Source: Octopus bimaculoides
Taxonomy: Eukaryota
NCBI RefSeq assembly: GCF_001194135.2
Contig: NC_068982.1
Span: 52,105,362-52,143,792 of the forward strand
Direction of reading: 5' to 3'
DNA length: 38,431 nucleotides
Shown here: positions 1-11,771 of the stretch, piece by piece
Numbering within the stretch: the stretch's first letter is position 1
How the letters are laid out: every line of letters begins with the position of its first letter
Translations under genes and position numbers: made by a program
Notes under the pieces: model-generated
Database searches by the model: none
Seen by the model: only the letters and a program-made list of their open reading frames with translations
What the model was told of the DNA's origin: nothing

Positions 1-62
1 CAATCGTCAGTCAAATCGTCCAACCCATGCTAGCATGGAAAGCGGATGTTAAACGACGACGA
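1..62 (+). mobile_element. 3' tail of an RTE-related SINE/LINE (ends in gat/gac-type repeats)
   Basis: gtcaaatcgtccaacccatgctagcatggaaagcggatgttaaacgacgac is near-identical to 19620-19676 in this window. Confidence 0.7.
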
Positions 63-65
63 TAT

Positions 66-280
66 CTGTGTGTGTGTGTCTGTGTTTGTACCCCCGCCAT
101 CGTTTCACAACCAATGTTGCTGTGTTTATGTCCCTGTAACTTAGCCATTTGGCAAAACACACCGATAGAATAAGTACTAGGCTTACAAAGAATAAATCCT
201 GGGGTCGATTTCTTCAACTAAAGGTGGTGCTCCAGCATGGCTGCAGTCACATGACTGAAAGAAGTAAAACAATAAAAACT
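66..280 (+). mobile_element. 3' part of an abundant tRNA-derived (CORE-like) SINE
   Basis: Shares the blocks ccgatagaataagtact...ggggtcgatt...aaggtggtgctccagcatgg...tgactgaaa with copies at 9795-10145, 10185-10485, 23455-23750 and 36850-37185. Confidence 0.75.
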
Positions 281-282
281 AT

Positions 283-320
283 GCCATTTTAATCCCGAGC
301 AACGCCAGGTATCTCTGCTA

Positions 321-322
<2 letters not shown>
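283..322 (+). mobile_element. Probable Helitron 3' terminus
   Basis: GC-rich imperfect hairpin cccgagcaacgccagg (294-309), then CTAG at 318-321 followed by T. This is the canonical Helitron 3' end arrangement. Confidence 0.5.

Positions 323-360
<38 letters not shown>
322..360. repeat. (TA)n microsatellite
   Basis: Direct read. Other long (TA)n tracts lie at about 3767-3800, 5797-5843 and 29487-29549. Confidence 0.95.
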
Positions 361-362
<2 letters not shown>

Positions 363-504
363 CAAATATTTTAATAATTATATACATAACTATAACAAGG
401 GATTGGCTATAAGCCTTTTTAGACGTCTATTTTTCTAGCACGTGGAGAGACTTATAGCCAATCCCTTGTTATAATTATGTATATAAATATCAAAATATTA
501 GTAA
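360..504. repeat. Long inverted repeat (~55-bp arms, ~35-bp spacer), MITE-like
   Basis: tatacataactataacaagggattggctataag (left arm) vs cttatagccaatcccttgttataattatgtata (right arm). Confidence 0.85.
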
Positions 505-799
505 AATTTACCTTTAAGGTTTTTATTTCCATGCTGACCCCTTGGTAAAATCATTTATGATTTTTACCCTTTATTATGATTAATATACATATATACATAC
601 TTTTAATATACATTACATACTTTGGAGTATGCAATACTTCAGATCATACTTATTTATGTAATTAGTAATAAAATAATTTATGTAATGGTATGAGTGTCAA
701 AAATCAGCAACTAATAGCTGTTGCTGCTGCAAAGAAATAATTTTATTTTGCTAATTAAAGCCTGTTTATTTCATTTTCTTGTGAGTTACTTGCTGACCC

Positions 800-1096
800 T
801 ACCAGTGTTAGGGCCAAGTAAAAAGCATCCAGTCCACACTGTAAAGTGGCTGCCATTTGGAAGGGCATCCAGCTATAAAAATCATGCCAAAACTAATCTC
901 ACTGATGTTAGTGCCACGTAAAAAGCACTGAGTCCACTTTGCAGAGTGGTTAGTGTTAGGAAGGGCATCCAGCTGTAAAAACCCTGCCAAAACAGACACA
1001 ATAGCCTTGGGTAGTTTTCTACCTGGCTGGTTCCTGTCAACCATTCTACATGCATGGAAGATAGACATTAAATGATGATGATGATGATGATGATGA
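800..1096 (+). mobile_element. RTE-tailed SINE fragment with an internal tandem duplication and a (GAT)n tail
   Basis: aagggcatccagct(a/g)taaaaa occurs at ~860 and ~961. The tail catgcatggaag...acattaaatgatgatgat resembles 19540-19676. Confidence 0.65.
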
Positions 1097-1889
1097 TATA
1101 TATTGCATAAGTCAGGAAAAAATGCACTCATACATCTGTCAATAGAGTGGGTATGTTATCCGATTGGCTAGCTCTGATGAGCAAAGGGTTACATAATTGA
1201 ATTGTAAGCTAACACTCTGTTGAATTCCTGGTGCAAAACGATTGGTAAGATCAGCCATAATGTATATATTTTACTGTATGCTTTGGATGATATATATTTA
1301 TATATGTAGGAAAAAATAAGTTCAAAAGAAAACAATTCAAACTTTTTGAGAGGTCCAAAAAGAGAAAGAATGATTTCTAATAAAGATTCATCTTATTCAT
1401 AAAAAACAGCCAGAGCAAGTAATAAGAATATGAAATAGTAGTTGAAAAATATCGTTATAGGTACTAAATTACTATAAACAATTATAGATTCAATACATAC
1501 ATACATATTGAATCCTATTTTGTATTAAATCTAATTTTGATTCAACATCTTTTTCTCCTCCATTTTTCTATAATTGTTTATGATAATTTTATACCTATAA
1601 TGATATTTTTCAACTATTTATATATGTATGTAGGCAGGCATGTATATGTATGTATGTATATGTGTGTGTATGTATGTATTGGAATGGTGGCACTCGAAGC
1701 AGTTAAAGTTATAAATAAAACTATGTAAACATTGGGTTAAGAAACCCTTTGGATTGAAAGTGTCTAAAGATGTCTGAGGGACTTGAACTCACATCTCTTG
1801 TAAACAAGACAGGCTTCCTGTTGTTGGACCAAGGTAGTCCTTTGACTTTTTCTATCCAACAGGTTTGTAACTCAATGTATACACATTAT

Positions 1890-3135
1890 TATTTATAGCT
1901 TTTGTGATGCTTCGAGATCTACTGTTCCTAAAAAGAAATATTTTCTGTTTTCTTGAAGTTTATATAGTCTCATAGGAAAGTATCGAGTTTTGTTTTGAAG
2001 ACCTCTATATCCATGTCTTGCAGGTCTCTCAATTGTTTTGGCAGGGCATTAAAGAGCCGAGGTCCTCTAAAACTGAGGCTGTTGCAATACCTTGTGCTTA
2101 TGTGAGATGCAGTGGACGGTACCCTTGGTACTATGCAGTGGTGACCTGTACGGGCATTCGTGTAGTAGTTGATGCCAAAGTTTGGTACTAGTCCTTCCAG
2201 TATTTTCCATATGTAAATTATTGCATATCTCTACCACCTGCACTCCAGTGATTAGAGACTTAGTGCCTTCAGTTGCTCCCTGTAGTTCATCTGCTGGACT
2301 GTGGCGATCTTTTTTGTGTAGTGACGCTGATTGCCTCGAGCTCTCTTTTTAGCTTGACATTGTGTGGTGACCCCAACTGAGAGCAATAGTCTAGGCAGCT
2401 CAGAACAAATGTCTTCCATAGAGTCAACATGACTTTTTGATCCCTTGTTCTGAATGTCCTCAGTATCCACCCTGCCAGTTGTCTGCACTTTGCTGTCAAC
2501 TTGATAATGTGCATGTGAAATGATGCATCACTACCCATGCTGATGCCCAGGTCTCTCACTGTTTGTGGTTCTGGGATTGCAGTACCTTCAGATCCTGTGT
2601 ATGCCAGTTGGGGGGCACTTGTGGCCTTGTAGTGCAGTACTTGAAATTTTTTAGCATTGAACTGCATATTATTTTGCTCTGCCTAGTTGTATATTGCATT
2701 TAGGTCATTCTGCAGGCTTATGACACCATCAGGATTCTTTATTGCCTGAAATAGTTTTGTGTTATCAGCATAGCTAGTGACAATGGCTGTCTGAATGACC
2801 ATGGGCATGTCCAGAAGGGCTACAATGAACAGTAGTGGCCCCAGGACAGTTCCTTGTGGAACACCGCTCAATATTTGTGTTTCCCTAGACTGGCTGCAAC
2901 TGTCTGACTTCTACCATTCAGGAAGTCATGCAGCCTCTCTCCTAATTTACCAGCTATGCCAAAGTTTCACAGCTTGTGACATATCATGCCATGATCAACT
3001 TTGTCAAAGGCCTTTGCAAAGTCAAGACATACCACATCAACATTTGAATGGTTAAGAATGGTCAAGTAGCTGCTTCAGGATCCAGTCAATACTGCAAGAG
3101 CTGCGTGAGGCAGCTTCTACCTGGACGGAAACCAT
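1890..3135 (-). mobile_element. Degenerate CR1-like non-LTR retrotransposon, RT and C-terminal region, cut by a gap
   Basis: Minus-strand frames give GFRPGRSCLTQLL, SGVPQGTVLGPLLF, SYADNTKL (YADD motif), MQFNAKKFQVLH, RDLGI, WILRTF..LDYCSQL.SP and GPRLFNALP. Frameshifts and stops are present. Confidence 0.9.
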
Positions 3136-3580
3136 NNNNNNNNNNNNNNNNNNNNNNNNNNNNNNNNNNNNNNNNNNNNNNNNNNNNNNNNNNNNNNNNN
3201 NNNNNNNNNNNNNNNNNNNNNNNNNNNNNNNNNNNNNNNNNNNNNNNNNNNNNNNNNNNNNNNNNNNNNNNNNNNNNNNNNNNNNNNNNNNNNNNNNNNN
3301 NNNNNNNNNNNNNNNNNNNNNNNNNNNNNNNNNNNNNNNNNNNNNNNNNNNNNNNNNNNNNNNNNNNNNNNNNNNNNNNNNNNNNNNNNNNNNNNNNNNN
3401 NNNNNNNNNNNNNNNNNNNNNNNNNNNNNNNNNNNNNNNNNNNNNNNNNNNNNNNNNNNNNNNNNNNNNNNNNNNNNNNNNNNNNNNNNNNNNNNNNNNN
3501 NNNNNNNNNNNNNNNNNNNNNNNNNNNNNNNNNNNNNNNNNNNNNNNNNNNNNNNNNNNNNNNNNNNNNNNNNNNNNNNN
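3136..3580. other. Assembly gap (N run). Other gaps: 18657-19456, 21769-22303, 32957-33180, 37283-37795
   Basis: Runs of n. ORFs spanning them are artefacts. Confidence 1.
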
Positions 3581-3585
3581 ATAGT

Positions 3586-3730
3586 TGAAATTTATAGAAA
3601 AACAAAAGACAAAGACAGGTGTATGAACAACAAGCAAGTGTATTAGTATGACGCTTGGGAAAATGAAAAAGTCTTTTACGCTTCAAGTCTATCCTCTTCA
3701 ACAGAAAGGAATAAGAGAAAATAAACAGAG
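3586..3730 (-). mobile_element. Repeat with a degenerate hammerhead-like core, probable Penelope-type terminal repeat
   Basis: Homologous to 22310-22450. The minus strand reads cttt-CTGTTGA-agaggatagactt-GAAGC-GTA-aaag (3708-3673). Confidence 0.5.
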
Positions 3731-3769
3731 AATGAAAAAACACTTGTAGATTTCAGTGGTCCAGCATAT

Positions 3770-3816
<47 letters not shown>

Positions 3817-4211
3817 AATGTATATATTTACATGTGTATAAGGTAAAGTATAAATAATGTCATCAAATATTTTTCCTCTATTGGAGTAAGTTTGACATAC
3901 AGCTGTTTCCAGTAGTCATTATAGATTTGTTACTGATAGGTTTTTCTATTGGTATTTTGATCAGTGAGAAAAGTTGAATGACCTAAAAAATTAATGCTAC
4001 TTTTGTTAGAGCCATTTCTTGTATATATCTTTGTGGAAAAACCAGTTTGACTGGAACACTACTACAGATTTACAATATAGAATAGTGATGAACTATAACC
4101 CCAGACCCTGCCATAGAATGTTTGGAGTTCTTTACTAATCTAAATAATATTGTTAGCTTGGTGTGCTAACAGAAAGCTTATGAGGTACTTTGCCTGGACT
4201 GATATATATTT

Positions 4212-4398
4212 AAAAGAAAGTAAGAAAATGGAGATATAACATTGAACAAAAATTTATTATCTGCAAAAACCCAAACATGCTCCCTTACAGCTGTTTCAAT
4301 TCGGCCTAATTGAAACTGCTGTAAGGGAGCATGTTTGATTTTTGAAGGTAATATTTTTTTATTAAATGTTATATCTCCATTTTTCTTACTTTTTTTTT
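4212..4398. repeat. ~185-bp palindrome (arms ~90 bp, 6-nt loop), MITE-like
   Basis: Core stem 4272-4301 / 4308-4337 pairs 29 of 30 bases. The outer arms gtaagaaaatggagatataacatt / aatgttatatctccatttttcttac also pair. Confidence 0.9.
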
Positions 4399-5139
4399 GA
4401 ATGATTATAAACCATGATTTATATATAAACCTATGGTTTTATAAATATTATTATTCACAAAAAAATATTAGGTATTAAACCAGTAATTCATTAGATGATA
4501 CTATCCCTTAATGTTTATTTTCTCTTATTCCTTAATGAGACTAATTTAACCACTAATTGAATACCCTCCTATTCAAGTCCCAAAACTACCATATCTGAGC
4601 CCTTATTAACCTATTTACATTCATATTTAATATTTTTTATAGAGTTGCATGACTTAACATTAACATGGGCTTGCAATGTTTTAGGCAGCAATGGGTTGTA
4701 GGGCACAATCCACCTATTGTCAATTTCCATCCCTTAAGCATTAACTTTGATCTTGGTAGAGTTTATGGTGATCAAATTAAAAAGGAATGGGTTATTTCCC
4801 TTGACTGTAAAAGGAAAATATATTGGTTATATATGTGGACTGCTTCTAGGGGCCCTAGCCATCCAATTATAGATTTTTATTAAACATCAATAAACCTAGT
4901 AACAAACTGGATGTTACTTTCACGTGTTTGTAAAGTTTCATGGCAACTTGACACAAACAGACAACTTGCATTTATGTATATATATATATAGATTTATAAA
5001 ACCATATTAAAGGCAAAAAGCAAGTCTTACAACAGGCCAAACCGCACGCTGAAAGAAGACGCCAAATGGTGCAAAACTAACTTAAGTATCACGAAAACAC
5101 GCACTGAAAGCGAGGGTATAAATGAAAAGATTTCATGAA

Positions 5140-5798
5140 TAGGTTCAGCAATGGATCAATTGATCTCCTGTGACTATTCTGCTCAAAACTTCTTTGCCCT
5201 CATTGTAGCGACTGAGTAAATGTTGGTAGACCTCAAGATGTTTACGCTTCTGCTCTGCAATAAGCTCTCTTGGCACCCATCTTGTACAGACTTTATGGAA
5301 GCTGAGCTCATTGTGGATGATCTGATTGGTAAAACCATGACTAATTTGCAGAGAACAATCTACCTCATCGACGATAACTTGCCAGTTCACCATTACCATC
5401 TCTTGAGCATGCTGAATTTTCTTGTCAGTGGTGGTGGATGATGGGCATCCTGCTCCCTCTACATGCATTACGCTTGTCCAGCTACTTTTCAACTTCTCAA
5501 TCTGCTCATACACACTTTTACACAGTAGTGTACTGTCCCCATATTGTGCTAAAAGCCTATGATGAATTTCAGCACCTGACACACCTTCCAACCAGAGAAA
5601 TCAGATCACTGCTCTTTGTTCTTCTTTGGTGCACATGGATAGTGGAGCAGCCATGCTTACACTGTAAAGCCAGAAAGAAAAATGGCGTAATCAGGCTCAG
5701 ACTTCAATCATGTGACCACAATAGTACCAACTATAAGCATGCATGCACAGAAGATACGTTATGGCGAAAGTTCAGATAATTTTTGACTTCCCCTCGTA
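5140..5798 (-). mobile_element. Mariner transposon 5' half (pseudogenised transposase with 5' TIR)
   Basis: ORF 5145-5591 contains an HTH region, the WVPREL motif and RIVTGD (first catalytic D). The TIR reads TA|cgaggggaagtcaaaaa on the minus strand at 5798-5780. Confidence 0.9.
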
Positions 5799-5848
<50 letters not shown>

Positions 5849-6139
5849 TAAATAAATTACAAAGGAACAGGAAATTATGTCATGAACTTCAGCTTACAGC
5901 TGCTTCTGCTATAAGATGCAGTGCTTGTGCACCACCGTTTCCTTTTGTCATTTATCTACTTCCATATTACACTCTGTAATTAAGAAACACTTTATTCTGA
6001 AGTATATGTATATTGAATTTTTAACATTAGGCTATTTGTGTCGCTATGCCTAAGTGAAATATTACTATGTATGCATACATACATACATACATACATGTAG
6101 ATAGATATTGATTTCAAATTTTGACACAAAGTCAGCAAG

Positions 6140-6600
6140 TTCAGAGAAGGGGAAAGTCAATTAGAATGACCCCAGTGCTCAACTGATACTTATTTTATTG
6201 ACTCTGAAAGGTAAATGCTGCTAAGCACACACACATCTTTTGTCTTTTACTTGTTTTAGTCATTAAGGCATGCGGCCACCTCTTTCAAAGAATTTTTAGT
6301 CAAATGAATCGACCCCAGTACTTTTCTTTTTATCTTAAGCCTGGTAGTTATTCTATTGGTTTATTTTGCCAAATTGCTAAGTTACGGGACATAAACACAC
6401 CAACACTGGTTGTCATACGGTGGTGGGAGACACACACTCACACACACATGGCAGACTGAAAGAAACCTGTTATCTACCAAATCCACTCACAAGGCTTTGG
6501 TTAGGCCAAGGCTATAGTAGAAGTCATTTGCCCAAGGTTCCACACAGTGGGACTGAACCCGGAGCCATGTGATTGAGAAGGAAGTTTCTTACAGAGCCAT
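6140..6600 (-). mobile_element. Cluster of tRNA-derived SINE fragments, antisense
   Basis: Reverse complements of the 66-280 and 9795-10145 blocks (gaccccagtact, caaatccactcacaaggctttgg, cccaaggttccacacagtgggactgaaccc). Confidence 0.7.
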
Positions 6601-6773
6601 GCCTATGCCTATAGATAGATATTGATATAGATTTAAATTGTTTGCATTTGAAACGATTAGTAATTTCACTTTCTGAAAATTTAAAATGTTCTTGCTTTAT
6701 AGTTTCAATCAAAATTAAAATTACAAATGCCAACAAAATATTCTCATACACTTCATAAGCAAACGAAATATTT

Positions 6774-7338
6774 GGCACTGTCATGGTATTAGCTGTCAGA
6801 AGTGAAAGTAGAAAAATCTGACAAGGAACGTTACTGCTGGTTTGAGTTGATTCTTTGGCTACTGACAGCTAATACCATGACTGGCCGGAGCGAGCTATCT
6901 GTCTGTCTGTCTGTCTCTCTCTCTATCTATCTATCTATCACTCGAAAGTTATTGGAACAAATTTGACACCTATATCCATGCGTTCGAAAACACACAGAGT
7001 ATAAGGGTACTACTAAAGCAGAGTGGTCCCGAACGCGCAGTCGCGCTAGCTAGTCGTGAGTGGTCGATCCTATTATTTTCAAACTTCATTTGTTTTCTAT
7101 TTTGATAAATTCTCTCTGTTGAAAATTATATTTTTATATTTTAAACAATTTGCAATTTCAGAAAATATATTTTTATATTAAATTTGCGTTTTCTAATTTG
7201 ATAAATTCTACGGACACAAACAGAGGTGAACGAGTGATAGATAGATAGATATATATAGAGAGATAGTGAGATAGACAGACAGACAGATAGCTCCGGCTAG
7301 TCAGTTCTACTTTCAATTCTGACAGCTAATACAGTGCC
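6774..7338. mobile_element. 565-bp non-autonomous TIR element with 8-bp TSD, Merlin-like ends
   Basis: Termini GGCACTG...CAGTGCC. aaatattt flanks both sides (6766-6773, 7339-7346). Long inverted arms contain (CTGT)n/(CTAT)n tracts. No ORF. Confidence 0.7.
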
Positions 7339-7554
7339 AAATATTTTTATATATAAGCAAAAGTACTTCATTTGTAAATAATCAATTTCTGTTACAAGAT
7401 ACAAAAAAAAATTTTTTTTTTTCATTGGTAAATTGAAAAGAGATTCTGAATCTCTGATGTTCAAAACTTTGAAATCCAAAGACCATTTTTTAAAAAAGGC
7501 ATGTTAAAAACGTTCTAGGGTTGGCGTTGAAAATCCTACTCGAAAGCGAATGCG

Positions 7555-7680
7555 CGCCCTTCCCTTTATCGACCTCAGAAGGATAAAAAGAAAAAGTTGA
7601 CCTCAGCGGGATTTGAACTCAAACGTAAATATTAAAAAAAGGCATTTTGTCCGAAGCTCTGACGAATCTACCAAATGATT
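7555..7680 (-). mobile_element. tRNA-derived SINE fragment
   Basis: tttatcgacctcagaaggataaaaag...aagttgacctcagcgggatttgaactc matches 11845-11900. Confidence 0.65.
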
Positions 7681-7844
7681 ATAAATAATAAAAAAAAAAC
7701 AAAAAAAAAACAGAAAGATAAAAAATTTGTTAGTATTTTGAGTTTAAAAATTAAAACTATATTCCTTTAATAAGAATGAACTTCTGAATGAATTTCAAAT
7801 TTCTAAATCATGTATGGAAATGAATTCTCGTAGAATACCAAATC

Positions 7845-7995
7845 TCGCACACGTGATTGCAACTTAAACAGCGGTGTAACGCCATTATATCAATCTTCAG
7901 TCCTCCCGCTCCTTAACTTGCTAGGAGTTTACCATTATTATTATTAATACATATTAAGACTTTTAACCTTTCGCTCCATTTTGATAAAAATACAG
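7845..7995 (+). promoter_or_regulatory. Candidate promoter and non-coding first exon of Ubc9
   Basis: Locally CpG-retaining and not recognisably repeat-derived. E-box CACGTG at 7850-7855, YY1-like cgccattat, strong donor CAG|GTAAGA at 7996. An upstream exon is needed because the ATG exon begins at a splice acceptor. Confidence 0.4.
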
Positions 7996-9794
7996 GTAAG
8001 AAAATATAATTTGTAACCTTGTTATAGTGATTACGTTTTCATTTGTTGTTGTTTTAATTGAATAACTGTTGCGCGAAATGGTCATAAGTGTCTTTCACTT
8101 AAAAAATAGTCTCATTCTTTTCTTTCGTTTTACGTTTTTTAGAAGTCCTCTTGAAATTTCTATGAATACCTAACTCCATTTATTTATTTTACATTACACT
8201 ATAACTTCATGTCCGATTAAAACATCTACCTGTGCTTATATATATATATATATTTACAACGCTTATCTGATTCAAGTATGGTTATTGTTATTGTAGCATC
8301 ACTTTCGTCGCAAGACTTGCGTCTCTAATATAAATATATAACAATGTTTAAATGTCCTGTTTCTTTGGCTTGCACACTATTGAATTATGATAAATACAAA
8401 ATCTGTTCATCAGGTAACAGATTGAAATTATAACAGACGAAATAACCTAAATAACATTAAACCTTTTTTGCTCTATTATTGAATAATAAAAGCAATAATT
8501 GATATCTATAACATCAGTATAATGATTTGTAAATAATATGCACGATTTCTAGTAAGTCTACTCACAAGTGTTAGGGATACAGTCATATCTAAATACTTAA
8601 CTGGTTAAATGTCTCTGTTCGAGGGCCTATCGTTATTCATTTGCCACCTGAAAGAATGCGCACACCTACAAAAAACTGGATGATTAATTGACAATACATG
8701 TCTTCTGATGCTTGTTTAGTGATTCAACTTCTACACACCAATATAACTACACAATTTTTCAGATACAAGAAAGTCTGGACACAAAAAATAAACTTTCGTT
8801 ATTCATTGAAAGAGATGTCTTATCGTTTTTCTTTCAATTACGTTGTTATTAATTGTCCAATGCCGTTTGATTTCCCGAAATCAAACCATTTTCAGATAAT
8901 AGTCGAAAGGAATATAAAGTATATATATGGGGGAGAAAAAAATCACCCAAAAACTGCGTATTTAAAATATATGAAATGTATATTTTGTATAATTTTTGGT
9001 TAGTTTTTACAATTATACTTGTTTACTTTGAAAGTAGTCTAATAGTGATTTCTGGCAGTTTTCATGGTAAAATTCATTTAAAAGATTAGAATTCACAGGA
9101 AAAATATAAATTTTACTTTCCAAACGAGCCTGGTGCTCATAGTAAAAATTTATCCAATTTTTAAATTCATATTAAACTCTTCAAATGTTTTGTTGTTAAA
9201 CAATAATATTACTTCCTTGGTGAACCGCATGGATATCTATCTATTCTACCAATATTTCTTTATAACTTTTCGAGTTTAAATTCCCTCGGTGGTGTAAATT
9301 TACTACAGTTATACATGCATTTGCTATACAAGTCGATTTTGAAACTTAAGACGAACTGCCCCACTGAGAAACAATAATGGTGTCTTGACTGACAAATATC
9401 AGTCCCAACTTCACTAATTATTAATGGGAAAAGAAAATAGTTTTCATCCACTTTACCCTGCTTTCTTCACCAACGAGTTATGATGGTTTTAAAGAACTGT
9501 CATAACTTTATTAAACATGGCAATTTGTGTGCTCCCCCTTGAATATTCATGGACCCTGAATATAAAAAAAAAACACTGCCTTAACTCTTGAACCGATATT
9601 CAATTCTTTCAGCAAAGTGCCCCCTACCCCCCAAGAAAAGGCTGGGGTACCCTCTGTTTGCACTTCTCGTACTTATGAATTTCTTTTTCTTTTTGTAACC
9701 GTTTTATCTCCACACATTTTTAAAGTAACGAAGATTTACTATAAAATGTTATGATAGCTTTGCTTGTCTGCTGTTTTATGATTCTATTTACTAT

Positions 9795-10145
9795 AGGGCG
9801 CAAATGTGGTTGGGTGGTAAAAAGCTTGCTTCCCAACCACGTGGTTTCGGGTTCAATCTCTCTGTGGGGGCACCATGAACAAATGTTTTCCATTATAGTC
9901 TCGGTCCAACCAAAGCTTTGTGAATAGATTTGGTAGACAGAAACTGAAAGAAGCCCGCCGTTTGTGTGTGTATGTTTGCATTTGTCCCACCTCCAGCCGC
10001 TTGACAACTAGTACTGGCTTGTTTCCGTCCCCCGTAACTTAGCGGTACGGCAAAAGAGACCAGTAGAATACCTACAAGGCTTAAATACAAGTACTGGTGT
10101 TGATTTATTTATTTAAACCCTTTAAGGCGGTGCCCTAGCATGGTC
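9795..10145 (+). mobile_element. Near full-length tRNA-derived CORE-like SINE
   Basis: A-box-like tggttgggtgg, B-box-like gggttcaatc, core ggcacc..gaccaaagc..gatttggtagacagaaactgaaagaagccc, then the shared 3' body. Confidence 0.8.
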
Positions 10146-10184
10146 GAAGATAAAATACTTAAAACAAAAGATAAAAAATTAACC

Positions 10185-10485
10185 AGGCACAGGTTCTGGG
10201 TTCAATCTTACTGTGGGGCACTTTGGGTAAGCGTCTTCTATAGCTTTGGGTTGACAAATGCCTTGAGTGGATTTGAAACCGAAAGAAGCCCGTTGTGTGC
10301 GTGTCTGTGTTTTTGTGTTTGTCTCCGCCACACCGCTTGACGACTGGTGTTGGTGTGTTTACGCCCCGTAGCTAAGCGGATCGGCAAAAGAAGCCTATAG
10401 AATAAGTACCAGGTTTTAAAAAAATAAGTATTTGGATCGGTTTGTTCGACTAAAATTCAAGGTGGTGCCCAAGCTTGGCCATAGT
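10185..10485 (+). mobile_element. Second copy of the same SINE, in tandem
   Basis: Collinear similarity to 9840-10145. Confidence 0.8.
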
Positions 10486-11771
10486 CTGATACCGTCAATT
10501 TTAATTTATCTTAAGGTTGATGCCCCAAGTTGTTTTTAATGAAATATATAAAAGGTCCGTACAATTCATTCACAGTGGAAATGTACAGACCAGTACAAAG
10601 AAAAAACAAAAAGACGATATGGTTTCGGTTTTCGGGAAATTCGCTGAATCAATGATTTATATACATGATTTATTTTTAGCGTGATACTGAGCTATAAGTT
10701 AAGTTGTTTTCGTATTCGAACATGATGGTCTTATAAAGATAGTTCGTCTTTTCCTCAATTTTAGATTTGATTGCTTAAAAAAAATATCTTTCCTCTCTGC
10801 TCACCTATATATATTGTTTTACTTTTTGAAGTTTTTCGCTTACAAATTAGCTGATGTATTGATCTGGCATTGACAAATGGAAGTGTTTGTTAAATTTTTG
10901 GAAGAGAACTTCTTAGCAACGATTGCTTCATATATTATGTTATTGGAAATAATATTTTAAAATGAAAATACGTTAAGTTTCACAGTTGCAACTTTGTTAC
11001 AGTAGTGACTATACTCGAACTGCAATCACCTCAGTACTGTCATTTAGGTAACAACTACTTCCAAGAAGACTTTGATCAGTTAATTCTGCTTAAAATTAAT
11101 AATTAGTTTTTTGCTATATTTGTCTTAAATCTTTTGATTTTAGGCAACCTCTTGTTTTAAATATTTATTTCAATCTATGGTGTAGAACTTTAGGTAATAT
11201 TTGATACTGGATTTATTTGAATTCTATTTCCACCTTTAGCTGATATTTCTGTTAGGTCCGATATTAAAATTATTGAAACGAGATAAAGAACTGTTCAGTT
11301 AGATGAAAATAAAATATCACTTCAGAATATTTCAGTAAGGATGAATAAACTTTTTCTCTGCTTAATTACCATTTATCATTCAGGTTACTCTATAAGATGA
11401 TAACATTTATTCACATTGTCTTGAATTAATGGTGCTTTATCTTGTAGCTTCATGATTTCGATGATGTTGTTTATTTTTAGAATGACATTGTAGGGTAGGT
11501 ATAACGAGCTGGATCTGGTCAATTTGAACATGAAACAAGTAGAATATTTGGGCTGGATATTTCTGGTTTAAATTATAATCTTTCTTTAGCTGCATTACAA
11601 TCTCTCTATATTATCCAACTTAGTTTTACAATACATCTGCTTTTTTGTGATTATTTTACCATTTCCATAATTTGGTTTATGAACTATTTTCTGTTGTTTC
11701 ATTGTTAGAGTGAAATTCTGAGATAGAGGGCTATTGCCAGATTCGTATTCTGAAATATTCTTTTCTACTCT

